From Candidatus Caldarchaeum sp. (GTDB lineage Archaea; Thermoproteota; Nitrososphaeria_A; Caldarchaeales; Caldarchaeaceae): 59,216 bases of DNA. Position 1 is the stretch's first letter; each line of letters begins with the position of its first letter. Location of the stretch: positions 1-59,216 of the forward strand of contig JAWBRA010000010.1 in the NCBI GenBank assembly GCA_038844785.1. Reading direction: 5' to 3'. Below are positions 49,211-59,011 of the stretch, in pieces. The notes below the pieces were generated by a model. It worked only from the letters and a program-made list of their open reading frames with translations. It was not told where the DNA came from and did not search any database. The position numbers and the translations under genes were made by a program.

Positions 49211-49700
49211 TTATCATGTTTCCATAGATTTTGTGAATCTGATTTCTAGGCCATGTCCTTCCAGTTTTCTAAACTCCTTGTCTGACGTAATAGTTGTTTG
49301 CTTTTGCTGGTGCAGCGGTCAGCAGGTCTGCGTCATGCTGCAATATTCTATGATGACCTTGTTATCCAAAGGTATGATTTCGTATACGTCCTCCGACGCC
49401 TTTTTAACCTCGCTACTTTTTTCCGCCGCTATTCACCTCAAGAATTCGATTAACGTGATGACTCATGTAGCATTCTACGAGCTCAGCCTTCTGCAACAAG
49501 TTGAACTCCCTTCTGAAAACCTAGACTGCTCCAACACTCTCTTCAGGCCCTCCTCAGGGAGAAAGTTCTGCAGTCTTTCAAAAGCCTCACGCCCTCTCTT
49601 TTTGCTCACCTCCAGACATGATTCTATGAGATGCTGGCGGAGTCACCGTCCCGCTTATCGCCAGAGTCTTGTTCCTAGGGGTTCAGACACTGAGCGTCTG
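49211..49700 (-). pseudogene. Second degraded vapBC-like pair
   Basis: Antitoxin-like TLSVSE...REAFERL...FRREF, then PIN-like ITLIEFLR, YEIIPLDNKVI, TSDKEF; many stops. Confidence 0.55.
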
Positions 49701-49743
49701 ATGTCTTTCGAAACAGTTGTACCGTGTAACGGCAGGTGCTGGC

Positions 49744-50397
49744 TTATGTGGTATGTGTGTTCAGGAGTGCTAGGTATAGTCTGGCTCTTGAGGTTGGCGC
49801 TGCTTTAATGATGCCTTTTTTGATTTCCTCGACTTTGATGGCTCCGTCTCTCTCCATTCTTTTGACGTGCCGCCAGATGGTGGTTGTGGAGACCTCAGCG
49901 TACTCTGCTAAGATTTTGAGGCTCGCAGGACCGCGTGAAAGCATTGTCAATACTGCTTTGTCGACTTCGTCTAGGTTCGGCGGCTGTGTGATTGTTGTGT
50001 CAAACTCTGTGTAGAGGCTTCCGTCCTCGGTTTCCAGCTCTACCGTGATAGGCACTTTGGACAAAATAGCTGCGACGAGGGTTTCTACGACCAGAAGCCT
50101 CATTCCGCCGCTGAGGTTGACGATTACCGGCCTGTGGGATGTGTTGCGGAAAAACGCCGCCAGCTCTGAAACTGCATCGTAGAAGTTTTCAACATCCACC
50201 AGGTGTCTGACTATTTCCGGCATGTTTAGATAGTTTGTTGCGAAGCTGTTAAGCGCCGTTAAGGCTTTCTCTGCCCGTTCATCGACGTGTGAGCCTGGTA
50301 GAAAAACCACAACCTGGTCGTCCTTACCCGTTCTGTGTCTGACCAGCGATCTGACGGCGAACTTTTCGTCGAACCCGAATGTGAAGGCTATGAGCAA
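49744..50397 (-). CDS. csa3: CRISPR-associated CARF-wHTH regulator
   Basis: TFGFDE.FAVR, NLSGGMR, C-terminal wHTH; divergent from the cas operon. Confidence 0.92.
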   Translation of the reverse strand: MLIAFTFGFDEKFAVRSLVRHRTGKDDQVVVFLPGSHVDERAEKALTALNSFATNYLNMPEIVRHLVDVENFYDAVSELAAFFRNTSHRPVIVNLSGGMRLLVVETLVAAILSKVPITVELETEDGSLYTEFDTTITQPPNLDEVDKAVLTMLSRGPASLKILAEYAEVSTTTIWRHVKRMERDGAIKVEEIKKGIIKAAPTSRARLYLALLNTHTT

Positions 50398-50440
50398 CGG
50401 AGTTTCATTGCATTCGCTTGTTATTATCCTTAATCTTTCA

Positions 50441-50485
50441 CATCAGAATGAAATAAAAATCATTCCGATGAAAAAAATCTTAAAT
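50441..50485. promoter_or_regulatory. Imperfect palindrome adjoining the BRE/TATA of the interference operon; candidate Csa3 site
   Basis: CATCAGAATGA-N8-TCATTCCGATG (10/11 paired), then AAAAAAATCTTAAAT ~25 nt before ATG 50510. Confidence 0.65.
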
Positions 50486-50509
50486 GCCGCTATATAAGCA
50501 GCTTACACC

Positions 50510-50905
50510 ATGAATCCTGGAACACGCTCTGAACAACAGACAAAAACGCATAGGGAGATAGCGGTTCTCCTAGCTGCCGCGTCTGCTTTGACGGGGTCCC
50601 CCTCGCTCATCGACCGTATGTCTAATGCCCTTAGTCCGGAGCCGGCTGTCCGTGCGGTGTCAGACGCCCTCCGCATCCTGCAGAGCGACCAAATGTCGGC
50701 AACGCCAAGCCTAAAGACGGAGAGAACTGAGAAAGGCAGCTACGTAGTGGTGGGCAACAGGCGTATTTTCGGATGGCTTCCCACGGGAGAAGACGTCAGA
50801 AGTTTTATAGAAGATGTTCAACAGAACGTGTCTCTAGCTAGGAAGATTGGCGCTTTCGCCTCGGCGCTTCTTGTCGAATCTATGCTGAGACAGGGTGAGC
50901 AGTGA
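50510..50905 (+). CDS. csa5: Type I-A small subunit (Csa5/Cas11)
   Basis: IA.LLA, IDR..NALS.E, LPT..DV..F; first gene of the operon, 131 aa. Confidence 0.85.
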   Translation: MNPGTRSEQQTKTHREIAVLLAAASALTGSPSLIDRMSNALSPEPAVRAVSDALRILQSDQMSATPSLKTERTEKGSYVVVGNRRIFGWLPTGEDVRSFIEDVQQNVSLARKIGAFASALLVESMLRQGEQ

Positions 50906-51929
50906 GATGTTTGTCAGCACTTCTTTAAGAATCTTGGTTAACGTTGAGTCCCTCAACGCCGTGGAAACCGTCGGAAACGTTTCTAGACACAGAGTGGCTC
51001 CGATAGTCATACCACAGGACGCTGGCTATACTATAAAATACGTTCCAGCGGTTTCAGGCGAGTCGATAGGACATGGATACCAATCCGTTTTGGCAGACAT
51101 AGCATTGAGAGAAGGGCTGCCCGTGGGTGAGTTTTCCGCGAGAAAAGAATTTCTCAAATACTCTGGCGACGACTACCTAGAGGGAATCTCCCCGCCTTCA
51201 AAACACGACGACATCAGAAGGTTTGAGGTTGATGTTCTGTTGAAGGATGTCGTATCCGATGTCGGCGGATTCCTATATACGGGAAAGATTCCCGTCAAGA
51301 GAACTTCGCGGCTTCAGGTCGGCTATCTTCTTCCAGCTCTGGAGGATGTTACCAACGCGGCTGCGGTTGAAGCACAGTTTCACGTAAGGTATCTTGCGTC
51401 TCAGGAGCAGAAGAGAGAGAAAACAGGCGAGGAAACGAGGCTTGGTCAAGCGATCTACAACATCGAAGCAGCGTCAGCACTCTATACTATGACGTTAAAC
51501 CTTGACTTATCTTCGGTAGGCGTTCCATCGACACAGTTTGGAAACAAACATAAAGATGAAAAAAAGCTGGAAATCCAAGCACCCAAACGACGTGCTGCAG
51601 CACTCAAAGCTCTAGCTACTCTACTCAGCCAGATAAGCTTCGGAGGAAAGCATTCTAGGTTTTTGCCAAACGCCGAGCTGATGTCATGTGTTTTCACAGC
51701 TTCAGAAACTCCTTTCACGGTGACGCCAGGCAACTTCCGCGACTACATCCAGCGGACAAGCGAAAGGTTGAGAAAGCTTTCATCACTGCTCAACAGCAAA
51801 AATATGGTTTGGGCAGTGACCAGAGAGAAGAACCTGGCTGTGACCCCAGAAGTCAAAATAGTGCAGAACACTGAGGACATAATCGCGGAACTGATGGAGC
51901 TTCTCCGTCAAAATGGACTAGTAGCTTGA
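50895..51929 (+). CDS. cas7: Type I-A Cas7 (Csa2)
   Basis: R.LVNVESLN.VE..GN..RHR, PAVSGES..H.YQ, D.GGFLY, KRTSR, QFHVR, GGK.SRFLP. Confidence 0.93.
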   Translation: MSSEMFVSTSLRILVNVESLNAVETVGNVSRHRVAPIVIPQDAGYTIKYVPAVSGESIGHGYQSVLADIALREGLPVGEFSARKEFLKYSGDDYLEGISPPSKHDDIRRFEVDVLLKDVVSDVGGFLYTGKIPVKRTSRLQVGYLLPALEDVTNAAAVEAQFHVRYLASQEQKREKTGEETRLGQAIYNIEAASALYTMTLNLDLSSVGVPSTQFGNKHKDEKKLEIQAPKRRAAALKALATLLSQISFGGKHSRFLPNAELMSCVFTASETPFTVTPGNFRDYIQRTSERLRKLSSLLNSKNMVWAVTREKNLAVTPEVKIVQNTEDIIAELMELLRQNGLVA

Positions 51930-51930
51930 A

Positions 51931-52758
51931 ATGTTTTCAATCTTGCTTCGGCTGACTTTAGCGTGGGGTTTTAGCGTAAAGGCTCCGAAGGAGGCGAAGG
52001 CTCAGACGGCTTTCTCACTGCCACCTCCAACCACTTTGTTGGGAGCGTTGTGTAAACAGATCGCCATAGAAAAAGGATTAGGTGAGGTCGCTGAAGAGAA
52101 TGGAAAACTTGTTTCCGCTGCTTCAAGGTACGTGGAGATTTTCAAAGCCGCCTCGGCCTTTATGGATGTTTCAAAAGCATCAGCCCTTAGAGCTGCCTTA
52201 GGAAAGTACAGCGAAGACCCTATCAGACATCAAATACACCAGTTTCAAAGGGTTGACAGACGTGGTCTCCCCGACTATCGCTACAACATAGTGCCAGCAG
52301 GAAAAATTTACTCTCCATCATCATCGCTGGTGGTTGGGTTTTTGGGAGATGAGAAAACGGCGGAAAAGAAACTTGGAGCAGAGTGGCTAGGTAAAATCAT
52401 AAGAGCCTGTTATGGAATAACAAACATAGGCGCTAAAGAAAGTATTGTATCGGTCGAAGACGTAACAGTTGACACCAGCCCGCAGGTTTTGCAAGACGAT
52501 TTCACGACAAGGTTCTACCTGCCTAAACACGTTGTCAAACAGGTGGTTAAGACAGAGCCGTCGGTCTTCGGCCTTGGGGGAACCTATGTTGAGAGATTTT
52601 GGCGATGGAGCTATGTGTGGGGAGAAGAACCGGCAAGGGAGGATTACATCGTTCCCGGAACAAGAGACCCAGTGGTCAGCAGCAAGATGACAATAAGGCC
52701 TCAGCCAGGTGTAGAGGTTTTCATGGTGGGTGAGGATGGGCTCGCCGTCTTTAGCTGA
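51931..52758 (+). CDS. cas5: Type I-A Cas5
   Basis: WGFSVK, LPPPTTLLGAL, P.GKIYSP, IG.KES.VSV. Confidence 0.92.
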   Translation: MFSILLRLTLAWGFSVKAPKEAKAQTAFSLPPPTTLLGALCKQIAIEKGLGEVAEENGKLVSAASRYVEIFKAASAFMDVSKASALRAALGKYSEDPIRHQIHQFQRVDRRGLPDYRYNIVPAGKIYSPSSSLVVGFLGDEKTAEKKLGAEWLGKIIRACYGITNIGAKESIVSVEDVTVDTSPQVLQDDFTTRFYLPKHVVKQVVKTEPSVFGLGGTYVERFWRWSYVWGEEPAREDYIVPGTRDPVVSSKMTIRPQPGVEVFMVGEDGLAVFS

Positions 52759-54388
52759 GGTTTATGAAAAGATATGCAAAGGGATGGAGCTAGGCCCTAG
52801 GAGATTGCTTTCCAAAGCCATGGAAAAGATTGATGAAAGAATCTCATGTAACGAAAACATTATTCTTTTTTTAGAGGCGCCAACAGGTTATGGGAAAAGC
52901 ACGCTATCCCTTAGCCTTTACGCTGCTCTCAAGATGGGTAGACACGACCTAGCTCAGAGGGTTATACACGTTCTACCCATGAGGTCTATAGGCACTGACC
53001 TTCAAAAGAGGATGCATGATTGCATAGATAAGCTGACGGCTAAAGGCTTTCCTTTAAGAGAGGCTGACGTTGGCCTTCAGCAGATGCACTCTCCCGGAAG
53101 CCCGATGCTTTGCAAACAATTTGTCATCACAACCCTCGACACGTTCATCTCATGTTTCTATAAAATGCCTGCTGCCGAAATCTCCAAAATAGAACGATAC
53201 GGTACGGCTCACTTTGAAATACCTAGGGCGTGCATTTATTCGGCGGTGGTTGTCTTCGACGAGTTTCATCTCTACATGAGCTCTCAAGCAGCGATAAATG
53301 GTGAAAGTAAATCCTTAACGGCCACGATAGCCTGCATCATATCTCTTCTGAATGCCGGCGTGCCTGTAATCATTTCAACTGCAACGCTGCCTAAATGCAT
53401 TAAAAACCTGATAAAAGACCATCTCGAGCTGACAGGCCAAAAAGACAGCATAGAGGAAATAATTCCATCTGAGGATGACAAAAACTTTGTAAAGAGAGAC
53501 TTAACCGTATCAACCTATGTAGGGAACATTGCAGACCTAATCAAAGACCTTCATGAAAATAAAAAGATACTGGTCATTTTCAACACAGTTTCTCAAGCGG
53601 TAAGGAACTATCTGCAGCTGAAGAGCATGGGTTTCAGACCTGTTTTACTTCATTCAAGACTTATCGAGAAAACGAGACGAGACAGACTAGGCCAACTCAC
53701 AGATAAGGAGGGAGAGAAGCTTTTGGCTGTCGCTACACAGGTAGTTGAAGCTGGTGTTGATAAAAGCTTCGACGTTCTGGTTACAGAGGCGTCTTCTCCA
53801 GACTCTTTGCTTCAGAGAGCAGGACGTGTAGCAAGATATGGTGGAGAAGGCCAGATTTATGTAATGCCCGTCACCGAGCAGGGAGCAAAAGTTTACGGCA
53901 AAACCATTCCATCTCGCGTCTACCGATATGTCGAAAAAGAAAAATCCATAGATTACAACATGCTTGAAATAATAGACAACGTTGTAAAAGAGTCAAACAT
54001 CAGTCTCTTGGACAGAGTTTACAGAGGGTTCTTACAGGATATTGACAGCTATCCGTCGTATTCAATTGAGTTTGCCGAAAGAGTCTGGAATGCTGTATGC
54101 GGTTTCGTACGAGACGGCGAACAGGTACCAGTTATTCCTAAACAATACGCCAACAGTGGCGATAAAATCTACGACTATCTGTTCTGCGTTGATGACGAAT
54201 ATTTTACCAAGCTTTATCATCTTAACAAGATAACGGAGGCCATTTACGAGGACGGCAGCAGGAGACCTATAGAGAAAATTTCAGTGCATGAATGTATTTC
54301 AAAACAGTTTTTCAGACATGGGATAGTGGCTGTGTTGACAGACTTGTATGATGAGGAGGTTGGTTTGTATGAAGCCGTGCGCGTATAG
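52736..54388 (+). CDS. cas3: Cas3' helicase
   Basis: APTGYGKS, DEFH, TAT, HSR, TQVVEAGVD, QRAGRVAR. Confidence 0.94.
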   Translation: MGSPSLAEVYEKICKGMELGPRRLLSKAMEKIDERISCNENIILFLEAPTGYGKSTLSLSLYAALKMGRHDLAQRVIHVLPMRSIGTDLQKRMHDCIDKLTAKGFPLREADVGLQQMHSPGSPMLCKQFVITTLDTFISCFYKMPAAEISKIERYGTAHFEIPRACIYSAVVVFDEFHLYMSSQAAINGESKSLTATIACIISLLNAGVPVIISTATLPKCIKNLIKDHLELTGQKDSIEEIIPSEDDKNFVKRDLTVSTYVGNIADLIKDLHENKKILVIFNTVSQAVRNYLQLKSMGFRPVLLHSRLIEKTRRDRLGQLTDKEGEKLLAVATQVVEAGVDKSFDVLVTEASSPDSLLQRAGRVARYGGEGQIYVMPVTEQGAKVYGKTIPSRVYRYVEKEKSIDYNMLEIIDNVVKESNISLLDRVYRGFLQDIDSYPSYSIEFAERVWNAVCGFVRDGEQVPVIPKQYANSGDKIYDYLFCVDDEYFTKLYHLNKITEAIYEDGSRRPIEKISVHECISKQFFRHGIVAVLTDLYDEEVGLYEAVRV

Positions 54389-55139
54389 ATGCCAATCGCT
54401 GAATAAACATCTCAGTTCCGTATGCGAGAAAACTAAGCGGTTCATTTCAGCCGGTTATTTGGAAACGGTTGCACGCCGTTTCAGCTACTGCAGCCTGCGT
54501 GCTGAGAAAAAATTGTTAGAAAGCACTATCCTTACCGCAGCCTTTTTCCATGACGTGGGGAAGGCTATCGAATATTATCAGGAGCAATTCGACGAAAAAT
54601 GTGAATGCATCAGCCGGCGATGTAGCTTTTACCTTCACGAGCTGCTGTCAGCCGCTTATTTGAACAAATATTTTTCTCAGACGTCTGCATGCGACGAGAA
54701 TTTAACTATCTTGGCGGTACTCGCCGTGCTGAACCACATGCATGCTCTCAGAGACTATGCGTATGAAAAGGAGTATTTCCGCCCTGAAAACCCCAAAAAG
54801 TCTTCAAAGATCGATGAAATCTTTCGAAAATCTTACATAAGAAGCGAGCATGTCGAGCAGCTCATCAACTTTTTCATGGAAGCCTCTTTTCTTGACTTAT
54901 CTGTTTTGCGTAAAGTCTTGAACGAGCCGGTGAATCCAATCGATGTTCAGGTAATGCTTAACAAGATAGGGGAGGCTGAGGGTAGCAGGACGTTTTTGAA
55001 GCTTTACGTCATGATTCTTCTGCCGATAGCTCTCGCGGACAACTTGGACGCCGTTGAATACAGACCCAGCGATGATGAGGCAAAGGGCAGAAAAGCTTTT
55101 CTGAACGAGTTGAGATATTTGGCGGGTGAGCTGTCATGA
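54369..55139 (+). CDS. cas3'': Cas3'' HD nuclease
   Basis: L.KH, FHDVGKA, HE..SA, NHMHA, LAD..DA; RBS GAGGAGG before ATG 54369. Confidence 0.9.
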   Translation: MKPCAYRCQSLNKHLSSVCEKTKRFISAGYLETVARRFSYCSLRAEKKLLESTILTAAFFHDVGKAIEYYQEQFDEKCECISRRCSFYLHELLSAAYLNKYFSQTSACDENLTILAVLAVLNHMHALRDYAYEKEYFRPENPKKSSKIDEIFRKSYIRSEHVEQLINFFMEASFLDLSVLRKVLNEPVNPIDVQVMLNKIGEAEGSRTFLKLYVMILLPIALADNLDAVEYRPSDDEAKGRKAFLNELRYLAGELS

Positions 55140-56248
55140 ATCAGCTAATCATCCCTCTACCAACACGTTTTGCCACAGACTGTTTGCTGGGTGTTCTCTA
55201 TCATCTCGAAAAAACATACAACTTAACGGTGACAGGGGAGAACGTGGTCATAGAGGGGCCAAACCCGGTCGCAGCACTGCAGGACATTATTCTCACGGCG
55301 AAACAAATTCTTCAGCGAAGAGAAGAATGTGACAAAAAATATAGGATGAAGATACCGGCCTCCGGCAACGACAGGAAAATACTGTCTAAACTGTTCCAGG
55401 CATTCCAGCTTCCACCAGACGCGTCTGTTTATCAAATGACGGACGTCTTAGCGAAAGATCCGATTGCCGCAAGTGATGACGTACAGCTTCCCTCTATACT
55501 GAAGCCTGAGTTCTATGAGTTTAACAGAATGGCCGGCTATGTGGGCGAGTCCTCACGGCGTATGAGACAATCTTATCCAGCGTACGTTGTTGGTCTTTGT
55601 TTGACTGGATATTTGCTGTGTAGGGTTGGATACGTCCGGCTGGACCGTCAGGAAAAAGTTTCCGTCCTTATGACGCCTTCGTTATCCTCTTCCAGTAGGC
55701 CGTTTGCCGTAGACCCGGGCTACAGGATTGCAGCATATCTTGACGCGATATCCAAACTGGAAGATGTTTTATGCAGACAGAAGTATAGGATTGAGGGGCT
55801 TTTTCCGGAAACCGCCCTCCATCTATGGCTTGCCTGCCTCATCGGCGGCGTGAAGATTAAGCTCTATGCTGTCAAGGAGCCGGCTGGACAAAACCCTGCA
55901 ACACTGTTTTCTTCTATGCAGCTTGACCTGCATCCGCTGTATAAAGCCATGGACGCGAGAGGCCTTACCGGGGAAAATATAAGGAACAGAATCATCAATT
56001 TGGCTCAGAACGCTTTAAACACTCTTGAAAAATCTTTAGCTAAAAGCCTGGCAATAAGGTTTTCGACGCTTCTCTACGAGGTTTTATCTGGAACACGGCC
56101 TGCTGAGGAGTTTGTCTACGTGTCCAACCGCGAGCTGATGCCGTATCTGTTGAGGGGGAATGAGGCTGAGCGTGACGCGAGCTACTATGTCGTCATGGAT
56201 GCTTCAGCGATAGGCCATAGGATTTGGCGGTCTACGCTGATGTTTTGA
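55136..56248 (+). CDS. Probable type I-A large subunit (Cas8a/Csa4/CsaX-like)
   Basis: Position after cas3''; SGND, PSILKPEFYE..R..GY and PETA motifs recalled from Cas8a/CsaX-like proteins. Confidence 0.7.
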   Translation: MNQLIIPLPTRFATDCLLGVLYHLEKTYNLTVTGENVVIEGPNPVAALQDIILTAKQILQRREECDKKYRMKIPASGNDRKILSKLFQAFQLPPDASVYQMTDVLAKDPIAASDDVQLPSILKPEFYEFNRMAGYVGESSRRMRQSYPAYVVGLCLTGYLLCRVGYVRLDRQEKVSVLMTPSLSSSSRPFAVDPGYRIAAYLDAISKLEDVLCRQKYRIEGLFPETALHLWLACLIGGVKIKLYAVKEPAGQNPATLFSSMQLDLHPLYKAMDARGLTGENIRNRIINLAQNALNTLEKSLAKSLAIRFSTLLYEVLSGTRPAEEFVYVSNRELMPYLLRGNEAERDASYYVVMDASAIGHRIWRSTLMF

Positions 56249-56257
56249 GGGATTTTT

Positions 56258-57136
56258 TTGGTTGTTTCCTATGTTTTCAAGGTGGTTTCGCCGACGCCTG
56301 TTTTAGTGGACTTTTTCTCAGGCTTTCTGGTGCGTGGTATTTTCTTCTTTTTGCTGAAGTCTGTGGACCCTGAGGCTGCGACTGCGATACATGACCAGAG
56401 GACGCTCAGCCCCTACAGCACTTCGCCGTTGGAGACGGTTGACAGACGCGAGATTTTTTACGGCGTGGTTAACCCTGGCATGGTTGTACGGTTTCGGATA
56501 ACTGCTTTGCGTAATTCTCTCGCCGATATGCTCAGCCGTTTTTTTGTCGGCCCTTCCAGCCCTGTAGTTAGGTTGAGGGATGTGAGTGTTAGGGTGGCCG
56601 AAGTTGCTGTCGAGAGCTTTGACCAAACGCAGCTTAACGTCGGAGAGGAGTCGAGGTATGAGGTGTTATTCCGGACGCCGACCTTTTTCCGTAACACTCA
56701 GAAAGAGCCTGGAATACTGAGGCTGCTGCCGCGCAGGCTGCGCAGACTGAGCAGGCCCGTTAAACCGGTTTACCGTTACGTCATACTTCCCGACCCCTAT
56801 CTTTTCTTCCGAAATCTCGCCCGTCTCTACCGCCAGTTTTGCAGCCCAAATTTTCCCTACAAGTCGTACTGTGAATGGCTTTTAGATGGTGGTGTGGCTT
56901 TGGAGACCTACCGCGACCTTCAGGTCTATAAAATCTACGACAGCGACGGCCGATGGTATCGCGGGTTTGTTGGACGGGCCGTGTTCACAGTCCCTAAAGA
57001 CCTTTACGACAAGAAGATGGCTAGGATTACGCGCCAGCTTCTGGAGTTTTCGCGTTTTAGCAACGTTGGCGGTAATCGGACGGCGGGTTTTGGCGTTGTG
57101 CGCTACCGCGTTCTGAAAGGGGTTAGGGATGAGTGA
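56258..57136 (+). CDS. cas6: Cas6 endoribonuclease
   Basis: IHD...PYS.SPL, FRTPT.F, GFVG, C-terminal G-loop VGGNRTAGFG. Confidence 0.92.
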   Translation: MVVSYVFKVVSPTPVLVDFFSGFLVRGIFFFLLKSVDPEAATAIHDQRTLSPYSTSPLETVDRREIFYGVVNPGMVVRFRITALRNSLADMLSRFFVGPSSPVVRLRDVSVRVAEVAVESFDQTQLNVGEESRYEVLFRTPTFFRNTQKEPGILRLLPRRLRRLSRPVKPVYRYVILPDPYLFFRNLARLYRQFCSPNFPYKSYCEWLLDGGVALETYRDLQVYKIYDSDGRWYRGFVGRAVFTVPKDLYDKKMARITRQLLEFSRFSNVGGNRTAGFGVVRYRVLKGVRDE

Positions 57137-58091
57137 GCTGGTTGTAGACAAGCCTGGCTCGTATCTGGGCGTTAGGAAGGGTTTGTTTTATCTGAGGTCG
57201 CGTGACGGCTCGCAGGCTGAGCTGCCGCCTGTGAGCCTATCGCACATCTCGATAAGATGCCGTGGTGTGGGTGTTTCTGTTGAGGCGTTGAAGCTTGCCG
57301 CCAGGTTTGGTGTTGAGCTGACTGTTTATCATCGTGGAAAGCCTGTGGCTAGAGTTTTGCATGCCCTGAAAGGAGGCGGCGTGCTGACAAGGCTGGCTCA
57401 AATCGAGGCGTTCAAGGATGGAAGAGGGCTTGAAATCGCGAAGGAGATTGTTTCGGCGAAGCTTCACAACCAACGTTTGGTCATATATCAAAAGGCTAAG
57501 TATTTTCTGGCGAGAGGTATGTCCGCAGGACTGGAGCTTCAGGCTTTCGCGGATAGGATTGCGGAGGCCGGTCGTCTGGTTTCTGACGTTTCTTCGCTTG
57601 ACAGTGTGAGGGCCTACGAGGCTCAGGGCGCGCTCAGTTACTGGTCTGGCGTTTCCCTAATTTTGCCGCCGGAGCTTGGGTTTAAGGGACGTACTGCGTG
57701 GTCGCCGTCAGATGTTTTCAACAAGGCCTTGAACATAGGATACGGTGTTTTACGTAGCAGGGTTTGGAGCGCCGTGCTTTCGGCTAACCTCGACCCTTTC
57801 GTCGGCTTCCTCCACCTACCACGTGGACGGCATATGTGTCTGGTCAGCGATTTAATGGAGATGTTTAGGCCAGGTGTGGTCGATAGAAGTTTGATAACGT
57901 TGGCGGTTGAGAAGCCGTCTGCTTTACTTGACGAAAAACTGTTCGAGCGGAATGTTGTTTCGGCCGTTGTGCAAGCTCTTCAACATAATAACAGGTTCTT
58001 TGAAAGAGCTATTGTAGAGCAGGCGAGGCGTTTGGCTTCTTTCTTGAGGGGTGAGGTGGACAGGTATGTTGGTTTTAGGATGAGGTGGTGA
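57129..58091 (+). CDS. cas1: Cas1
   Basis: K..NQ, E (YEAQGA), D.FN..LN.GY, GFLH, SDLME.FR..VD. Confidence 0.95.
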   Translation: MSELVVDKPGSYLGVRKGLFYLRSRDGSQAELPPVSLSHISIRCRGVGVSVEALKLAARFGVELTVYHRGKPVARVLHALKGGGVLTRLAQIEAFKDGRGLEIAKEIVSAKLHNQRLVIYQKAKYFLARGMSAGLELQAFADRIAEAGRLVSDVSSLDSVRAYEAQGALSYWSGVSLILPPELGFKGRTAWSPSDVFNKALNIGYGVLRSRVWSAVLSANLDPFVGFLHLPRGRHMCLVSDLMEMFRPGVVDRSLITLAVEKPSALLDEKLFERNVVSAVVQALQHNNRFFERAIVEQARRLASFLRGEVDRYVGFRMRW

Positions 58092-58094
58092 TGC

Positions 58095-58394
58095 CTGGCT
58101 GGCGAGGCGTCCTACATTCTTGTGATATATGATGTTTCTGATGATTCGAGGAGGTTTGAGCTGGCTGCTGCTTTGAGGAGGCTTGGCTTGACCCGTGTCC
58201 AGAGAAGCGCCTTCATAGGGCCTTCTAACACGGCTTTGGTGAGTGATGTGAAGAATGTTTGCCGCAGGATTATTGACGTTCAGACCGATAATGTTCAGAT
58301 TTATCCTTTAACGCCTGCTTCGTACCGTATGCGTATTGTTGTCGGGAAAGAGTTTAGCGTAGATGATGAGATTGCTGGTGGTTTTTTGGTTTGA
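58095..58394 (+). CDS. cas2: Cas2
   Basis: YILVIYDVSDD..R, RVQRSAF.G, D.V.IYP. Probable CTG start at 58095. Confidence 0.92.
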   Translation: MAGEASYILVIYDVSDDSRRFELAAALRRLGLTRVQRSAFIGPSNTALVSDVKNVCRRIIDVQTDNVQIYPLTPASYRMRIVVGKEFSVDDEIAGGFLV

Positions 58395-59011
58395 GCGAAG
58401 ATGAGGAGCTTCTGCCTGTCGGTTATGTGAAGAACTTCTATTTTTGTGAGCAGATTCCTTACATCAATCTTGTGTTGCGTGTTTTTGAGCCTGAGACGGA
58501 GAGCATGGTTTACGGACGCAGTGAGCATGTCCGTTTTCACGCCCAGTATCTCCCGCGCGGCGTTAGGGCTGTTCGTGTTGAGACGGATGTGAAGCTTGTG
58601 AGCGTGCGGCTGGGTTTGTCAGGTGTTTTGGATGCTTTGGTTCACACAGTATTTGGAGAGCTTGTTCCCTGTGAGTTTAAGCATTCTGGTTTGGGTAGGG
58701 GGAGGCCGGCTTTGAAGGATGTGGTTCAGCTTGCTGCTTATGCCATGCTTGTGGAGGATGTGTATGGTTGTTGTGTTAAGAGAGGGGTGTTGTTCTACAG
58801 CGAAGACGGCGGTAAGCATGTTGTTTATGTGAGCGATTCTTTGCGCAGCCTTGTCAAGAGAGCTGTAGACGCGATGAAGAAAATGACGACGTCTGAAAAA
58901 CCTCCAAAGGGAAGGAGTTTGGACAAATGTGATGTTTGCTGGTACAGTAGGGTTTGCTGGGGAGCGCCTATAGATAAGTTTTTCGCGAGAGGGTTGCGAA
59001 CACTTAAATAA
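58391..59011 (+). CDS. cas4: Cas4
   Basis: N-terminal C, G..D, E.K, QLAAYA, C-terminal C..C.Y...C. Confidence 0.93.
   Translation: MSEDEELLPVGYVKNFYFCEQIPYINLVLRVFEPETESMVYGRSEHVRFHAQYLPRGVRAVRVETDVKLVSVRLGLSGVLDALVHTVFGELVPCEFKHSGLGRGRPALKDVVQLAAYAMLVEDVYGCCVKRGVLFYSEDGGKHVVYVSDSLRSLVKRAVDAMKKMTTSEKPPKGRSLDKCDVCWYSRVCWGAPIDKFFARGLRTLK

Noticed and set aside
49188-49808. 206-aa + strand ORF
   Set aside because: Antisense shadow of the degraded vapBC pair and the csa3 end.
50395-50410. Frameshifted csa3 start (out-of-frame ATG at 50408)
   Set aside because: TTG at 50397 already precedes the first conserved CARF strand, so no lesion is needed.
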